DNA of 64,000 bases from an uncultured Gemmatimonadales bacterium. GTDB taxonomy: Bacteria > Gemmatimonadota > Gemmatimonadetes > Longimicrobiales > RSA9. Location: NCBI GenBank assembly GCA_963783305.1, contig CAWAMW010000011.1, positions 1-64,000 on the forward strand. The letters are read 5' to 3'. A program made the translations under genes and the position numbers. Below, piece after piece: positions 21,497-30,276 of the stretch. The first letter of the stretch is position 1, and each line of letters opens with the position of its first letter. A model generated the notes under the pieces. That model was not told the DNA's origin, did not search any database, and was given only the letters and a program-made list of their open reading frames with translations.

Positions 21497-23851
21497 ATGG
21501 CGCTTCCTGACCGGGGAGACACCGTGAACCCCACCGCCGCAACCGAAGGTCGAGGTACGCCCGAGACCGGGGGCGACAAGCAGGCCGCCCGGGAGTCCGG
21601 AGCGCAGGACGGGACCGCGCAGAAGGAGAGCGCCGCCGAGGACCGCGCCGCGCGGCTCGCCGAAGCGCTCGACCACCTCCCGTCGCGGCTGCGCGAGGCC
21701 GTGGAGCCGCACTCCGACCGACTGGACGTCCCGGTCATCGCGCGGGCGTACGAGTTCGCGGAGAAGGCGCACACGGGCCAGAAGCGGGCGAGCGGCGAGT
21801 CGTTCATCGTTCACACCACCGAGGTCGCGCGCATCCTGGCCGAGCTCCACCTGGACACCGTGTCCGTGGTGGCCGGGCTCATCCACGACACGGTGGAGGA
21901 CACGCCGCGGACGCTGGAAGACGTAATCGCGGAGTTCGGCCAGGAAGTGGCGAACGTGGTGGACGGGTTGACGAAGATCGGGAAGGTGCGGTTCCGGTCG
22001 AGCACCGAGCAGCAGGTGGAGAACTACCGGAAGCTGCTCCTCAGCATGGCGAGCGACGCCCGTGTCATCCTGATCAAGCTGGTGGACCGGCTGCACAACA
22101 TGCGCACGCTGGACCACCTCCGCCCCGAGAAGCAGCAGCGGATCGCGCTGGAGACGCGCGAAATCTACGCGCCGCTGGCCCACCGCCTCGGGATGGCGCA
22201 GATCAAGTGGGAGCTGGAGGACCTGGTCTTCAAGTACCTGGAGACGGCTGCGTACCGGGACCTGGTGAAGAAGGTGAAGGACCGGCGCGCGGAGCGGGAG
22301 GAGTGGGTGGAGTCGCTCCGCAAGCCGCTGGAGGAGGAGCTCCGCAACAACGGGATCCCGTGCGAGGTGTACGGCCGGCCGAAGCACCTGTACTCGATCC
22401 ATCGGAAGATGGTCCACCGGGACAAGCCGTACGACGAGATCTACGACCTCATGGCGATCCGGGTGATCACCGACAACGTGGCCAACTGTTATCACGCGCT
22501 CGGGATCATCCACAACCAGTGGACGCCGCTCCAGGAGCGCTTCCACGACTACATCGCCACGCCGAAGTCCAACATGTACCGGTCGCTGCACACGACCATC
22601 TTCGGTCCCGGCGGGCGCATGTACGAGATCCAGATCCGGACCCGCGAGATGCACCGCACCGCCGAGTACGGGATCGCGGCGCACTGGAAGTACAAGGAGG
22701 ACGGAGTGCTGGTGGCGCCCCAGCGGGAGCTGGACGAGGTCGATGAGACCCTCACCTGGTTCCGGCAGGTCCTGGAGTGGCAGCAGGAGACCCGCGAGCC
22801 GGAGGAGTTCATGGAGTTCCTCCGGATCGACCTGTTCCAGGACGAGATCTTCGTTTTCACGCCCAAGGGCGACGTGAAACAGCTGCCGAAGTCCGCCACG
22901 CCCATCGACTTCGCCTTCGCCGTCCATACCGAGGTGGGGCTGCGCTGCTCCGCCGCGCGGGTCAACGGTCGCATCACCCCACTCAGCCGCGAGCTCAAGA
23001 ACGGCGACACGGTGGAGATCATGACCGACGAGCGCCAGCGGCCGTCGCGCGACTGGCTGGGGTTCGTTCGCACCGCCCGCGCCCGGCAGAAGATCCGTCA
23101 ATGGATCCGGCAGGAGGAGTTCGACAGCTCGCTCAAGCTGGGGCGCGAGATCCTGGAGCGGGAGCGGAAGAAGCGGAAGGCGCCCAAGCCGGACGAGGAT
23201 TCGCTGCAGCTGGCCGCGGAAGCGCTCAACCTGCCCGGCCCAGACCACGTCCTGGCGGGCCTCGGCCGCGGCGATGTGGGCCTCTCCTCGATCCTGAAGG
23301 AGCTCTATCCCGACGAGGACACCTCCGTCCCCGCGCCGGAGCCGAACGCGTTCGAGCGGCTCGTGGAGAAGGTGCGCGGGTCCAGCAACGCCGTCCGGAT
23401 CCAGGGGCTCGAGAACCTCATGGTCCGCTACTCACAGTGCTGTCAGCCGGTTCCGGGCGACGACGTGATCGGCTACATCACCCGCGGCCGCGGCATCTCC
23501 ATCCACCGCAAGGACTGCCCGAACGTGCTCCAGCTCGCCGAGCACCCTGAGCGCAGGGTCGAGATCGAGTGGAAGGCCGAGGCCGGCGACCGCTTCTTCG
23601 TCCGCCTGATCGTCGAAGGTGACGACCGTCGTGGCCTCCTCGGCGACATCGCCAACGCGGTCACCAAGACCGCTACCAACATCTCGTCGGCCGAGATCCA
23701 CGGTGTCGAGGGCGGCATGACCGGTTCCTTCGTCGTGGAAGTCGAGAACCTCGCGCACCTGAAGAAGGTGGTAAAGGCGATCCGCGGCGTGAAGGGCGTG
23801 CTCGGGGTGGAGCGCAGGGAGCACTTCGCCGAGGCGGACATCGAGGCGTAG
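21497..23851 (+). CDS. rel: Bifunctional (p)ppGpp synthetase/hydrolase (long RSH)
   Basis: HD domain (HDTVED, DRLHNMRTL), synthetase (GRPKHLYSI, YRSLHT, EIQIRT), TGS, ZFD, ACT. Confidence 0.96.
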   Translation: MALPDRGDTVNPTAATEGRGTPETGGDKQAARESGAQDGTAQKESAAEDRAARLAEALDHLPSRLREAVEPHSDRLDVPVIARAYEFAEKAHTGQKRASGESFIVHTTEVARILAELHLDTVSVVAGLIHDTVEDTPRTLEDVIAEFGQEVANVVDGLTKIGKVRFRSSTEQQVENYRKLLLSMASDARVILIKLVDRLHNMRTLDHLRPEKQQRIALETREIYAPLAHRLGMAQIKWELEDLVFKYLETAAYRDLVKKVKDRRAEREEWVESLRKPLEEELRNNGIPCEVYGRPKHLYSIHRKMVHRDKPYDEIYDLMAIRVITDNVANCYHALGIIHNQWTPLQERFHDYIATPKSNMYRSLHTTIFGPGGRMYEIQIRTREMHRTAEYGIAAHWKYKEDGVLVAPQRELDEVDETLTWFRQVLEWQQETREPEEFMEFLRIDLFQDEIFVFTPKGDVKQLPKSATPIDFAFAVHTEVGLRCSAARVNGRITPLSRELKNGDTVEIMTDERQRPSRDWLGFVRTARARQKIRQWIRQEEFDSSLKLGREILERERKKRKAPKPDEDSLQLAAEALNLPGPDHVLAGLGRGDVGLSSILKELYPDEDTSVPAPEPNAFERLVEKVRGSSNAVRIQGLENLMVRYSQCCQPVPGDDVIGYITRGRGISIHRKDCPNVLQLAEHPERRVEIEWKAEAGDRFFVRLIVEGDDRRGLLGDIANAVTKTATNISSAEIHGVEGGMTGSFVVEVENLAHLKKVVKAIRGVKGVLGVERREHFAEADIEA

Positions 23852-23880
23852 CCTGGTCCTCTGATCGTGCGCGGTGGTGC

Positions 23881-24475
23881 GTGGTCGGGAGCGGTCGGGG
23901 CGACGTTCCCGCTCCGACGCTCGATCCTCACGGGCAGGGTCCGCGGCGGAGGTGGGTTCGCGGCGGGCGCCGGTGGCTCGCTGCGTAGACTCTCCGGGCT
24001 CGTTCGGGGGAGGTCGCGTCTCCGGGGAACGTCGCCCCTCCCTCGTTGCCTGCACTACCACGGCGCTTCGTTTCCTGACGGGGTGAGCAGTCCTTCCCCC
24101 CGGCGACCACGCGTCTCGGGTGAGCGCAGGGGCCTGGCCCCGGGATACGGATAGACGGTGCTGTTCGGCTGTCGGACCTCGGCGGGCGGTGTGTCGTACG
24201 AGGCGTGTGGTGTGGTGTGGGGTTGGAGGTGAGGTGGAGCTGGAGGTGGAGTCGGGGCCGGCAGCGACGTCCCCTGTGCTTCCACGCTGCCGATCTCCGT
24301 GAGGGAGGGGTGGTGTTCCCCGGAGGCGCGACCTCCCCCGAACCGCCCGGCAGCCCTGTGCTGCAGGTCCCCCGATCCGCCCGGCCAGCCCGCTATCCCC
24401 GGATCTCTACCCGTGAGGATCGAGCGCCGGAGCGGGAACACCGCCCCGACCGCTCCCGACCGCCCCCCGACCACC
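23881..24475. repeat. Large imperfect inverted repeat (two arm pairs), MITE-like
   Basis: ~23883-23935 is the reverse complement of ~24409-24461; 24002-24044 is the reverse complement of 24301-24343. Confidence 0.85.
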
Positions 24476-24494
24476 CCGAGCGGGCTCCGCGGCG

Positions 24495-24523
24495 TTGACA
24501 AACACCCGGGTCGCGTCTAGCAT
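24495..24523 (+). promoter_or_regulatory. Sigma70-type promoter for metK
   Basis: TTGACA (24495-24500), 17 bp, TAGCAT (24518-24523). Confidence 0.75.
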
Positions 24524-24539
24524 CCGGGCGTAATGAGTT

Positions 24540-24628
24540 CTCGCGGAAGCATTTGCAGGCCGCTTGGCACCGCGAGGTCGTGGCAGGAGGGGACGGACGT
24601 CACGACCGAAACAAAGGGCTAAAGTGCC
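24540..24628 (+). ncRNA. Candidate SAM-II-like riboswitch aptamer
   Basis: P1 CTCGCGG/CCGCGAG enclosing ATTTG and GCTTG; downstream AAACAAAGGGCTAAAG; located in the metK leader. Confidence 0.55.
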
Positions 24629-24652
24629 GGGACACCGACTCGCCCAGCGATC

Positions 24653-24681
24653 GCCCCGTCACTTCATGGCGGGGCTTTTTT
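24653..24681 (+). terminator. Intrinsic terminator/attenuator in the metK leader
   Basis: GCCCCGTCA-CTTCA-TGGCGGGGC followed by TTTTTT. Confidence 0.8.
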
Positions 24682-24730
24682 CGTTTGTGCTCAAGCGCCG
24701 GGCTGGGTCTGGCGCCCACCGAAGAGATCG

Positions 24731-25921
24731 ATGCCAAAGCACCTGTTCACGTCGGAGTCCGTCACCGAAGGCCACCCCGACAAGGTGGCCGACCAGATCA
24801 GTGACACGATCCTGGACGCCGTGCTGGAGAAGGACCCGGCGGGTCGAGTCGCCTGCGAGGTCATGGTGACGACGGGGCTGGCCATCGTCGCCGGCGAGAT
24901 CACCACCGCCGAAACACCGGACTACTCGTCGCTGGTCCGGGGCACGCTCCGCTCCATCGGCTACACGGACTCCACCTGGGGGATCGACGGGGACACGTGC
25001 GGCGTCATGGTTTCCGTGGACCGGCAGTCGCCGGACATCAGCCAGGGCGTGGACCCGGGCGGCGCCGGGGACCAGGGGATGATGTTCGGCTACGCGGTGG
25101 ACGAGACGCCCGAGCTCATGCCGGCGCCGATTCAACTCTCGCACAAGCTGACCGCCCGTCTGGCCGAGGCGCGCCGGGATGGCACGCTGCCGTGGCTCCG
25201 GCCCGATGGCAAGGCGCAGGTCACGGTGGAATACGAGGGCGACCGGGCGATCCGGATCGAGACCGTCGTCGTAAGCACCCAGCACGCAGCGGATGTGACT
25301 CTCGACCAGGTCAGGGAGGGCGTCCTGGAGGAGGTCATCGTGCCGTCGCTCCCGGAGGAGCTCTTCGACCGCGACCACTGCATCTTCCACGTGAATCCCA
25401 CCGGCCGATTCGTGGTGGGGGGACCGCATGGCGATGCCGGTCTCACGGGCCGCAAGATCATTGTGGACACTTATGGCGGCGCCGGCCGGCACGGCGGCGG
25501 CGCGTTCAGCGGCAAGGACCCGACAAAGGTCGACCGCTCGGGTGCCTACGCCGCGCGCTGGGCGGCCAAGAACGTGGTCGCCGCTGGCCTCGCACGCCGC
25601 TGCGAGATCCAGCTCGCATACGCCATCGGGGTGCCCGAGCCGGTCTCCATTCACGTGGACACCTTCGGCACCGGCGCCGCCGCCGACCACGAGATCGCGC
25701 GCATCGTCGCCGACACCTTCGATTTCCGACCGCGCGCCATCATCGAGACGCTCGGCCTGGCCCGACCCATCTACCGCCCCACCGCCGCGTACGGCCACTT
25801 CGGCCGGACGCCCACCACGAACGGCAACGGCCTGGCGCTGTTCCCGTGGGAGAAGACGGACCGGGTGGACGCGCTGCGGTCGGCGGCCGGGGCCTCGGCG
25901 AAGGTCGGGACTACGGCGTAG
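24731..25921 (+). CDS. metK: S-adenosylmethionine synthetase
   Basis: [28 protein letters not shown]. Confidence 0.99.
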   Translation: MPKHLFTSESVTEGHPDKVADQISDTILDAVLEKDPAGRVACEVMVTTGLAIVAGEITTAETPDYSSLVRGTLRSIGYTDSTWGIDGDTCGVMVSVDRQSPDISQGVDPGGAGDQGMMFGYAVDETPELMPAPIQLSHKLTARLAEARRDGTLPWLRPDGKAQVTVEYEGDRAIRIETVVVSTQHAADVTLDQVREGVLEEVIVPSLPEELFDRDHCIFHVNPTGRFVVGGPHGDAGLTGRKIIVDTYGGAGRHGGGAFSGKDPTKVDRSGAYAARWAAKNVVAAGLARRCEIQLAYAIGVPEPVSIHVDTFGTGAAADHEIARIVADTFDFRPRAIIETLGLARPIYRPTAAYGHFGRTPTTNGNGLALFPWEKTDRVDALRSAAGASAKVGTTA

Positions 25922-25924
25922 GCG

Positions 25925-26045
25925 GCGCGAGGGTCGATCCGCCGGGTCGCTGGCGCGACCGGCGGACCCGCTGACGCGGGGGTCGATGGGGACGGCGAGA
26001 GTCGGAGTAGGCAGCGTTCCTCACGGATCCCGCGTACGCAGGCGC
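25925..26045 (-). repeat. Family-A repeat, partial, inverted
   Basis: 25989-26044 is the reverse complement of 21214-21269 with one mismatch; also carries the TCGACCCCCGCG-CAGCGGGTCC motif. Confidence 0.9.
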
Positions 26046-26085
26046 CGCCACCTGCGCTGATGGGGCTCACCCGGTTGGGAGATAG

Positions 26086-29000
26086 ATGTCCAGATCGTCG
26101 CGATACCTGCAGGAGCTGGAGCGCCGCGTCCTCGTTTATGATGGCGCCATGGGTACGAGCATCCAGGGCTATGAGCTGACGGCCGACGATTTCGGCGGGG
26201 CTTCGCTCGAGGGGTGCAACGATTACCTGGTGATCACCCGGCCGGACGTGGTGGAGGAGATCCATCGGTCGTTCCTGGAGGTGGGCTGCGACGTGGTGGA
26301 GACCGACACCTTCCGCGCCAACCGGCTGACGCTGAAGGAGTACGGTCTCGCGGACCGGGTGCTGGAGATGAACCGGGCGGCCGCCGGGCTGGCGCGTCGT
26401 GCGGCGGACGCGTTCGCCACGGAGGACCGGCCGCGGTTCGTGGCGGGGAGCATCGGTCCGAGCGGGTTCCTGCCGAGCACGTCGGACCCGTCGCTGGGCG
26501 CCATGACGTACGAGGAGCTGGCGGACGTCTTCGCCGAGCAGGCGCTGGGGCTGGTGGAGGGGGGTGTGGACGTGCTCCTGATCGAGACCAGCCAGGACCT
26601 GCTGGAGGTGAAGGCGCAGGTCACGGGAATCCGGCGGGCGCTCCGCGAGCTCGGTCGCGACGATGTCGCCATCCAGGGGCAGGTCACGCTGGACACCTCC
26701 GGCCGGATGCTGCTGGGCACCGACATCGCCGCCGCGGTCACGGTGCTCGAGGCTCTGCGCGTCGACGTGGTGGGCCTCAACTGCTCCACGGGGCCCGAGC
26801 ACATGCGGGAGCCCGTGCGCTGGATGTGCGAGAACACCCGGCTCCCCATCTCCGTGATCCCGAACGCCGGCATCCCGCACAACGAGGGCGGTGTGGCCGT
26901 GTACCCGCTCTCGCCGGAGAAGCTGGCGGCGGCGCACGAGGAGTTCGTCCGGGAGCTGGGCGTGAGCGTGGTGGGCGGCTGCTGCGGCACGACGCCCGAG
27001 CACCTCCGGCAGGTCGTGGAGCGCGTGGGCGGGGCCGAGCCGAAGCGCCGCGAAGTGGCCGACGTCCCGCGTCTCGCCAGCGCCATGACGACGTTCGACA
27101 TGGCCCAGATTCCGGCGCCCACGCTCATCGGCGAGCGCGTCAACTCGCAGGGCTCCCGCGCGGTCAAGCGGTTCCTCCTGGAGGACGACTACGAGGGCGT
27201 ACGCGACGTGGCGCGCGGGCAGGTCGAGGGCGGCGCGCACCTGCTGGACGTGTGCGTGGCGCTCACGGAGCGGCAGGACGAGCGCGACCAGATGCGCGCG
27301 CTGGTGAAGCTGCTGGCACAGAGCGTGGAGACGCCGCTGGTGCTCGACACCACGGAGGCGGACGTGGTGGAGGCGGGGCTCCGGCAGTACCCCGGTCGCG
27401 CGGTCATAAACTCCATCAACCTGGAGAACGGCCGGGAGCGGATCGACACCGTGGTCCCGCTGGCGGTGGAGCACGGCGCCGCTCTGGTGGCGCTCACCAT
27501 CGACCGGGAAGGGATGGCGAAGACGGCCGACCGGAAGCTCGAGGTGGCGAAGCGGATCCACGACATCGTCGTGGACGAATACGGAATGCGCCCGAGCGAC
27601 CTGATCTTCGACGACCTGACGTTCACGCTGGCCACGGGCGAGGAGGAGTTCCGTCGGAGCGCTGTGGAGACCATCGCGGGGATCCGACGGATCAAGGCGG
27701 AGCTGCCAGGGGTGTTCACGTCGCTGGGCGTGAGCAATGTCAGCTTCGGGCTCCAGAAGCACGCCCGCTCGATCCTCAACTCCGTCTTCCTGCACCATTG
27801 CGTGGAGGCGGGGCTGGACATGGCGATCGTGAACCCCGCCCACATCACGCCCTACGCCGAGATCGACCAGGAGCAGCGGACGCTGGCGGACGACCTGATC
27901 TTCGACCGCCACGAGCACGCCCTCCAGAAGTTCATCGAGTTCTACCAGGAGCACACGGTCGAGGAGGAGGAGGCCGGGGACCCGCGGGAGGAGATGGAGC
28001 TGGACGACGCCATCCACTGGTCGATCCTCCACCGGAAAAAGGACGGCGTCGAGGCGCTCGTGGATCGGGCCATCGCGGTGCGTATGGGCGGGCATCGAGG
28101 GTCGATCTCGTCATCGGCTGAAGAAGGGATTCCGAATCCAGCGTCCCACAGCGCGGGCGTCGACCTTCTCAACAACGTGCTGCTGCCGGCGATGAAGGAG
28201 GTGGGGGACAAGTTCGGGGCGGGGGAGCTGATCCTGCCGTTCGTGCTCCAGTCGGCCGAGGTGATGAAGAAGGCGGTCGGGCGGATGGAGACCTACCTGG
28301 AGAAGGTGGAGGGGCAGTCGAAGGGGACCGTGGTGCTGGCGACGGTGTTCGGCGATGTGCACGACATCGGCAAGAACCTGGTCCACACGATCCTCGAGAA
28401 CAACGGCTATACGGTCCACGACCTGGGCAAGCAGGTCCCCGTGAACGACATCCTCGCCAAGGCCGAGGAGGTGGACGCGGACGTCATCGGGCTGAGCGCT
28501 CTGCTCGTGTCCACGTCGAAGCAGATGCCGGCGGCCGTGAAGGAGCTGCAGCAGCGCGGGCTCCGCTTCCCGGTCATGTGCGGCGGTGCGGCCATCAACC
28601 CGTCGTTCATACGCTCGGCCGCGTATGTCGATGACCAGCAGGAGCAGCTGTACGAGCCCGGCGTCTGGTACTGCAAGGACGCGTTCGAGGGGCTGCACGT
28701 GGTGGACGCCCTCACCGGCGGTGACCGCGAGACGTTCACGCGTGCGCGACACGAGGAGATCCGCCAGGGCGTGGAGAAGCGGGCGGCGCTGAAGGCGCGC
28801 GCCAAGGAGATGCGTCCGGCGGACCGCCCGGGCCCCAGCCGCGATGTGGAAGCACCGGCGGCGCCGTTCCTCGGCCACAAGGTGATCGACCGGATCCCGC
28901 TCACGGAGCTATACGACCTCATCGACCTCAACACGCTCTACCGGCTGCACTGGGGCGCCAAGAACGCCAAGGGCGAGGTGTGGGACCGGCTGGTGAAGGA

Positions 29001-29631
29001 GGAGTTCGAGCCGCGGCTCGAGCGGATGAAGCGCGAGGCGCTCTCCGGTGGGCAGGTCCGGGTGCGCGCGGCCTACGGCTTCTGGCCGGCCGCGGCGGAG
29101 GGCAATGACGTGGTCGTCTTCGACCCGGAGGACCCCGCCCGCGAGCTGGAGCGATTCGATTTTCCGCGTCAGAGCGACCGGGAGCGACTCTGCCTCTCCG
29201 ACTACCTCCGCCCCGGCGCCGGATCCGACTCCGGGAGCGTGGCGACGCTGACCCGGGACTACGTCGGGTTCCTCATCGTCTCCGTCTCCGACACCCTGCT
29301 GGAGCGGTCGCAGTCGATGATGAAGGGCGGCGAGTACACGGAGGGCTACTACCTGCACGGCTTCGGCGTGCGCCTGGCCGAGGCGGCCGCGGAATGGATC
29401 CACCGTCGCATGCGGCGCGAGTGGGAGATCGAAGAGGGGCGGGGGCTCCGCTACGCCTGGGGCTACCCGGCGTGTCCCGACCACATGCAGCACGAGGCGG
29501 TGTATCGGCTGCTTCCCGCGCGGGAGAAGCTGGAGATGGAGCTCACATCGGCCGGGTCGCTCGTGCCGGAGCTGTCCACGGCGGCGATCGTGTTCCACCA
29601 TCCGGAAGCGAAGTATTTCAGTGCGGTATGA
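26086..29631 (+). CDS. metH: Cobalamin-dependent methionine synthase
   Basis: DGAMGT, GLNC, GGCCGTTPEH, IGERVN, GDVHDIGKNLV B12 motif, GYPACPD activation domain. Confidence 0.98.
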   Translation: MSRSSRYLQELERRVLVYDGAMGTSIQGYELTADDFGGASLEGCNDYLVITRPDVVEEIHRSFLEVGCDVVETDTFRANRLTLKEYGLADRVLEMNRAAAGLARRAADAFATEDRPRFVAGSIGPSGFLPSTSDPSLGAMTYEELADVFAEQALGLVEGGVDVLLIETSQDLLEVKAQVTGIRRALRELGRDDVAIQGQVTLDTSGRMLLGTDIAAAVTVLEALRVDVVGLNCSTGPEHMREPVRWMCENTRLPISVIPNAGIPHNEGGVAVYPLSPEKLAAAHEEFVRELGVSVVGGCCGTTPEHLRQVVERVGGAEPKRREVADVPRLASAMTTFDMAQIPAPTLIGERVNSQGSRAVKRFLLEDDYEGVRDVARGQVEGGAHLLDVCVALTERQDERDQMRALVKLLAQSVETPLVLDTTEADVVEAGLRQYPGRAVINSINLENGRERIDTVVPLAVEHGAALVALTIDREGMAKTADRKLEVAKRIHDIVVDEYGMRPSDLIFDDLTFTLATGEEEFRRSAVETIAGIRRIKAELPGVFTSLGVSNVSFGLQKHARSILNSVFLHHCVEAGLDMAIVNPAHITPYAEIDQEQRTLADDLIFDRHEHALQKFIEFYQEHTVEEEEAGDPREEMELDDAIHWSILHRKKDGVEALVDRAIAVRMGGHRGSISSSAEEGIPNPASHSAGVDLLNNVLLPAMKEVGDKFGAGELILPFVLQSAEVMKKAVGRMETYLEKVEGQSKGTVVLATVFGDVHDIGKNLVHTILENNGYTVHDLGKQVPVNDILAKAEEVDADVIGLSALLVSTSKQMPAAVKELQQRGLRFPVMCGGAAINPSFIRSAAYVDDQQEQLYEPGVWYCKDAFEGLHVVDALTGGDRETFTRARHEEIRQGVEKRAALKARAKEMRPADRPGPSRDVEAPAAPFLGHKVIDRIPLTELYDLIDLNTLYRLHWGAKNAKGEVWDRLVKEEFEPRLERMKREALSGGQVRVRAAYGFWPAAAEGNDVVVFDPEDPARELERFDFPRQSDRERLCLSDYLRPGAGSDSGSVATLTRDYVGFLIVSVSDTLLERSQSMMKGGEYTEGYYLHGFGVRLAEAAAEWIHRRMRREWEIEEGRGLRYAWGYPACPDHMQHEAVYRLLPAREKLEMELTSAGSLVPELSTAAIVFHHPEAKYFSAV

Positions 29632-29800
29632 CGGGGCGATCTCCTTCGGTCGCTTCGCTCCCTCGGAGACCCCGCTGGCGCGGGGGTCGAGGCCGGGCGC
29701 TCGCTTCGCTCGCTGCGGCACCGCGCTGCGCGCGGGGTCGATCGGCGGCTGCCGACCCGCTTCGCGGGGGTCGAGGCGCTCGCTTCGCTCGCGGGGTGGC
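29632..29800 (-). repeat. Family-A repeat array, left arm flanking the four-helix-bundle ORF
   Basis: CCCGCTGGCGCGGGGGTCGA, GCGGGGTCGATC and CCCGCTTCGCGGGGGTCGA separated by GCTTCGC-loop hairpins. Confidence 0.85.
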
Positions 29801-29805
29801 CTCGC

Positions 29806-30276
29806 TTGTGGACGTGTGACGTCGTGCAGCGGATGCCACGTGGGCCTTTCAAGGTGACGAATCAGGCGGTGGGCGCGGCCTTGTCGATCATGGGCAACAT
29901 CGGGGAGGCCAACGGCCGCGACGAGCGCCCGGGCGAAGCACAACAGCACTACCGGTACGCCCTCGGCTCCACGTTCGAGGCCGCCACCCACATTGACGCC
30001 TTCGCCGCCCTGAGCGTGATCGACGCCGCCGAGCACGAAGCCGCCGAAAGCCGCCTCTCCCGAATCGCCCCCATGCTCCGCAGCCTGATCCAGCTCCAGC
30101 GCAGGAAGGCGCGAAGCGCCCCGCGCAAAAGAAACGCTGCTCCGCCGGCAACGCGCGCTACTCCAAAAAACCAGCGTACGCGAAAGACCTCGACCCCCCG
30201 CGCCAGCGGGGTCCCGGCCAGCCCGAAGGGCGCCGCCGGGATCGACCCCGCGCCCCATCCAGGCACATCCCCATGA
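29806..30276 (+). CDS. Four-helix-bundle protein (23S rRNA IVS-protein/bAvd-like family), probably N-terminally truncated
   Basis: NQAVGAALSIMGNIGEANGR...HYRYALGSTFEA...RIAPMLRSLI fits the family pattern Q..RAA.SI..NIAEG.GR...A.GS..E...ML..LI; first helix appears missing. Confidence 0.75.
   Translation: MWTCDVVQRMPRGPFKVTNQAVGAALSIMGNIGEANGRDERPGEAQQHYRYALGSTFEAATHIDAFAALSVIDAAEHEAAESRLSRIAPMLRSLIQLQRRKARSAPRKRNAAPPATRATPKNQRTRKTSTPRASGVPASPKGAAGIDPAPHPGTSP
30185..30256 (+). repeat. Family-A repeat, right arm (within the 3' tail of the four-helix-bundle ORF)
   Basis: TCGACCCCCCGCGCCAGCGGGGTCCCGG-hairpin-CCGGGATCGACCCCGCG. Confidence 0.85.

Noticed and set aside
29806..30276. Diversity-generating retroelement (bAvd-like protein)
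   Set aside because: No reverse transcriptase and no template/variable repeat pair with adenine-specific differences seen in the window
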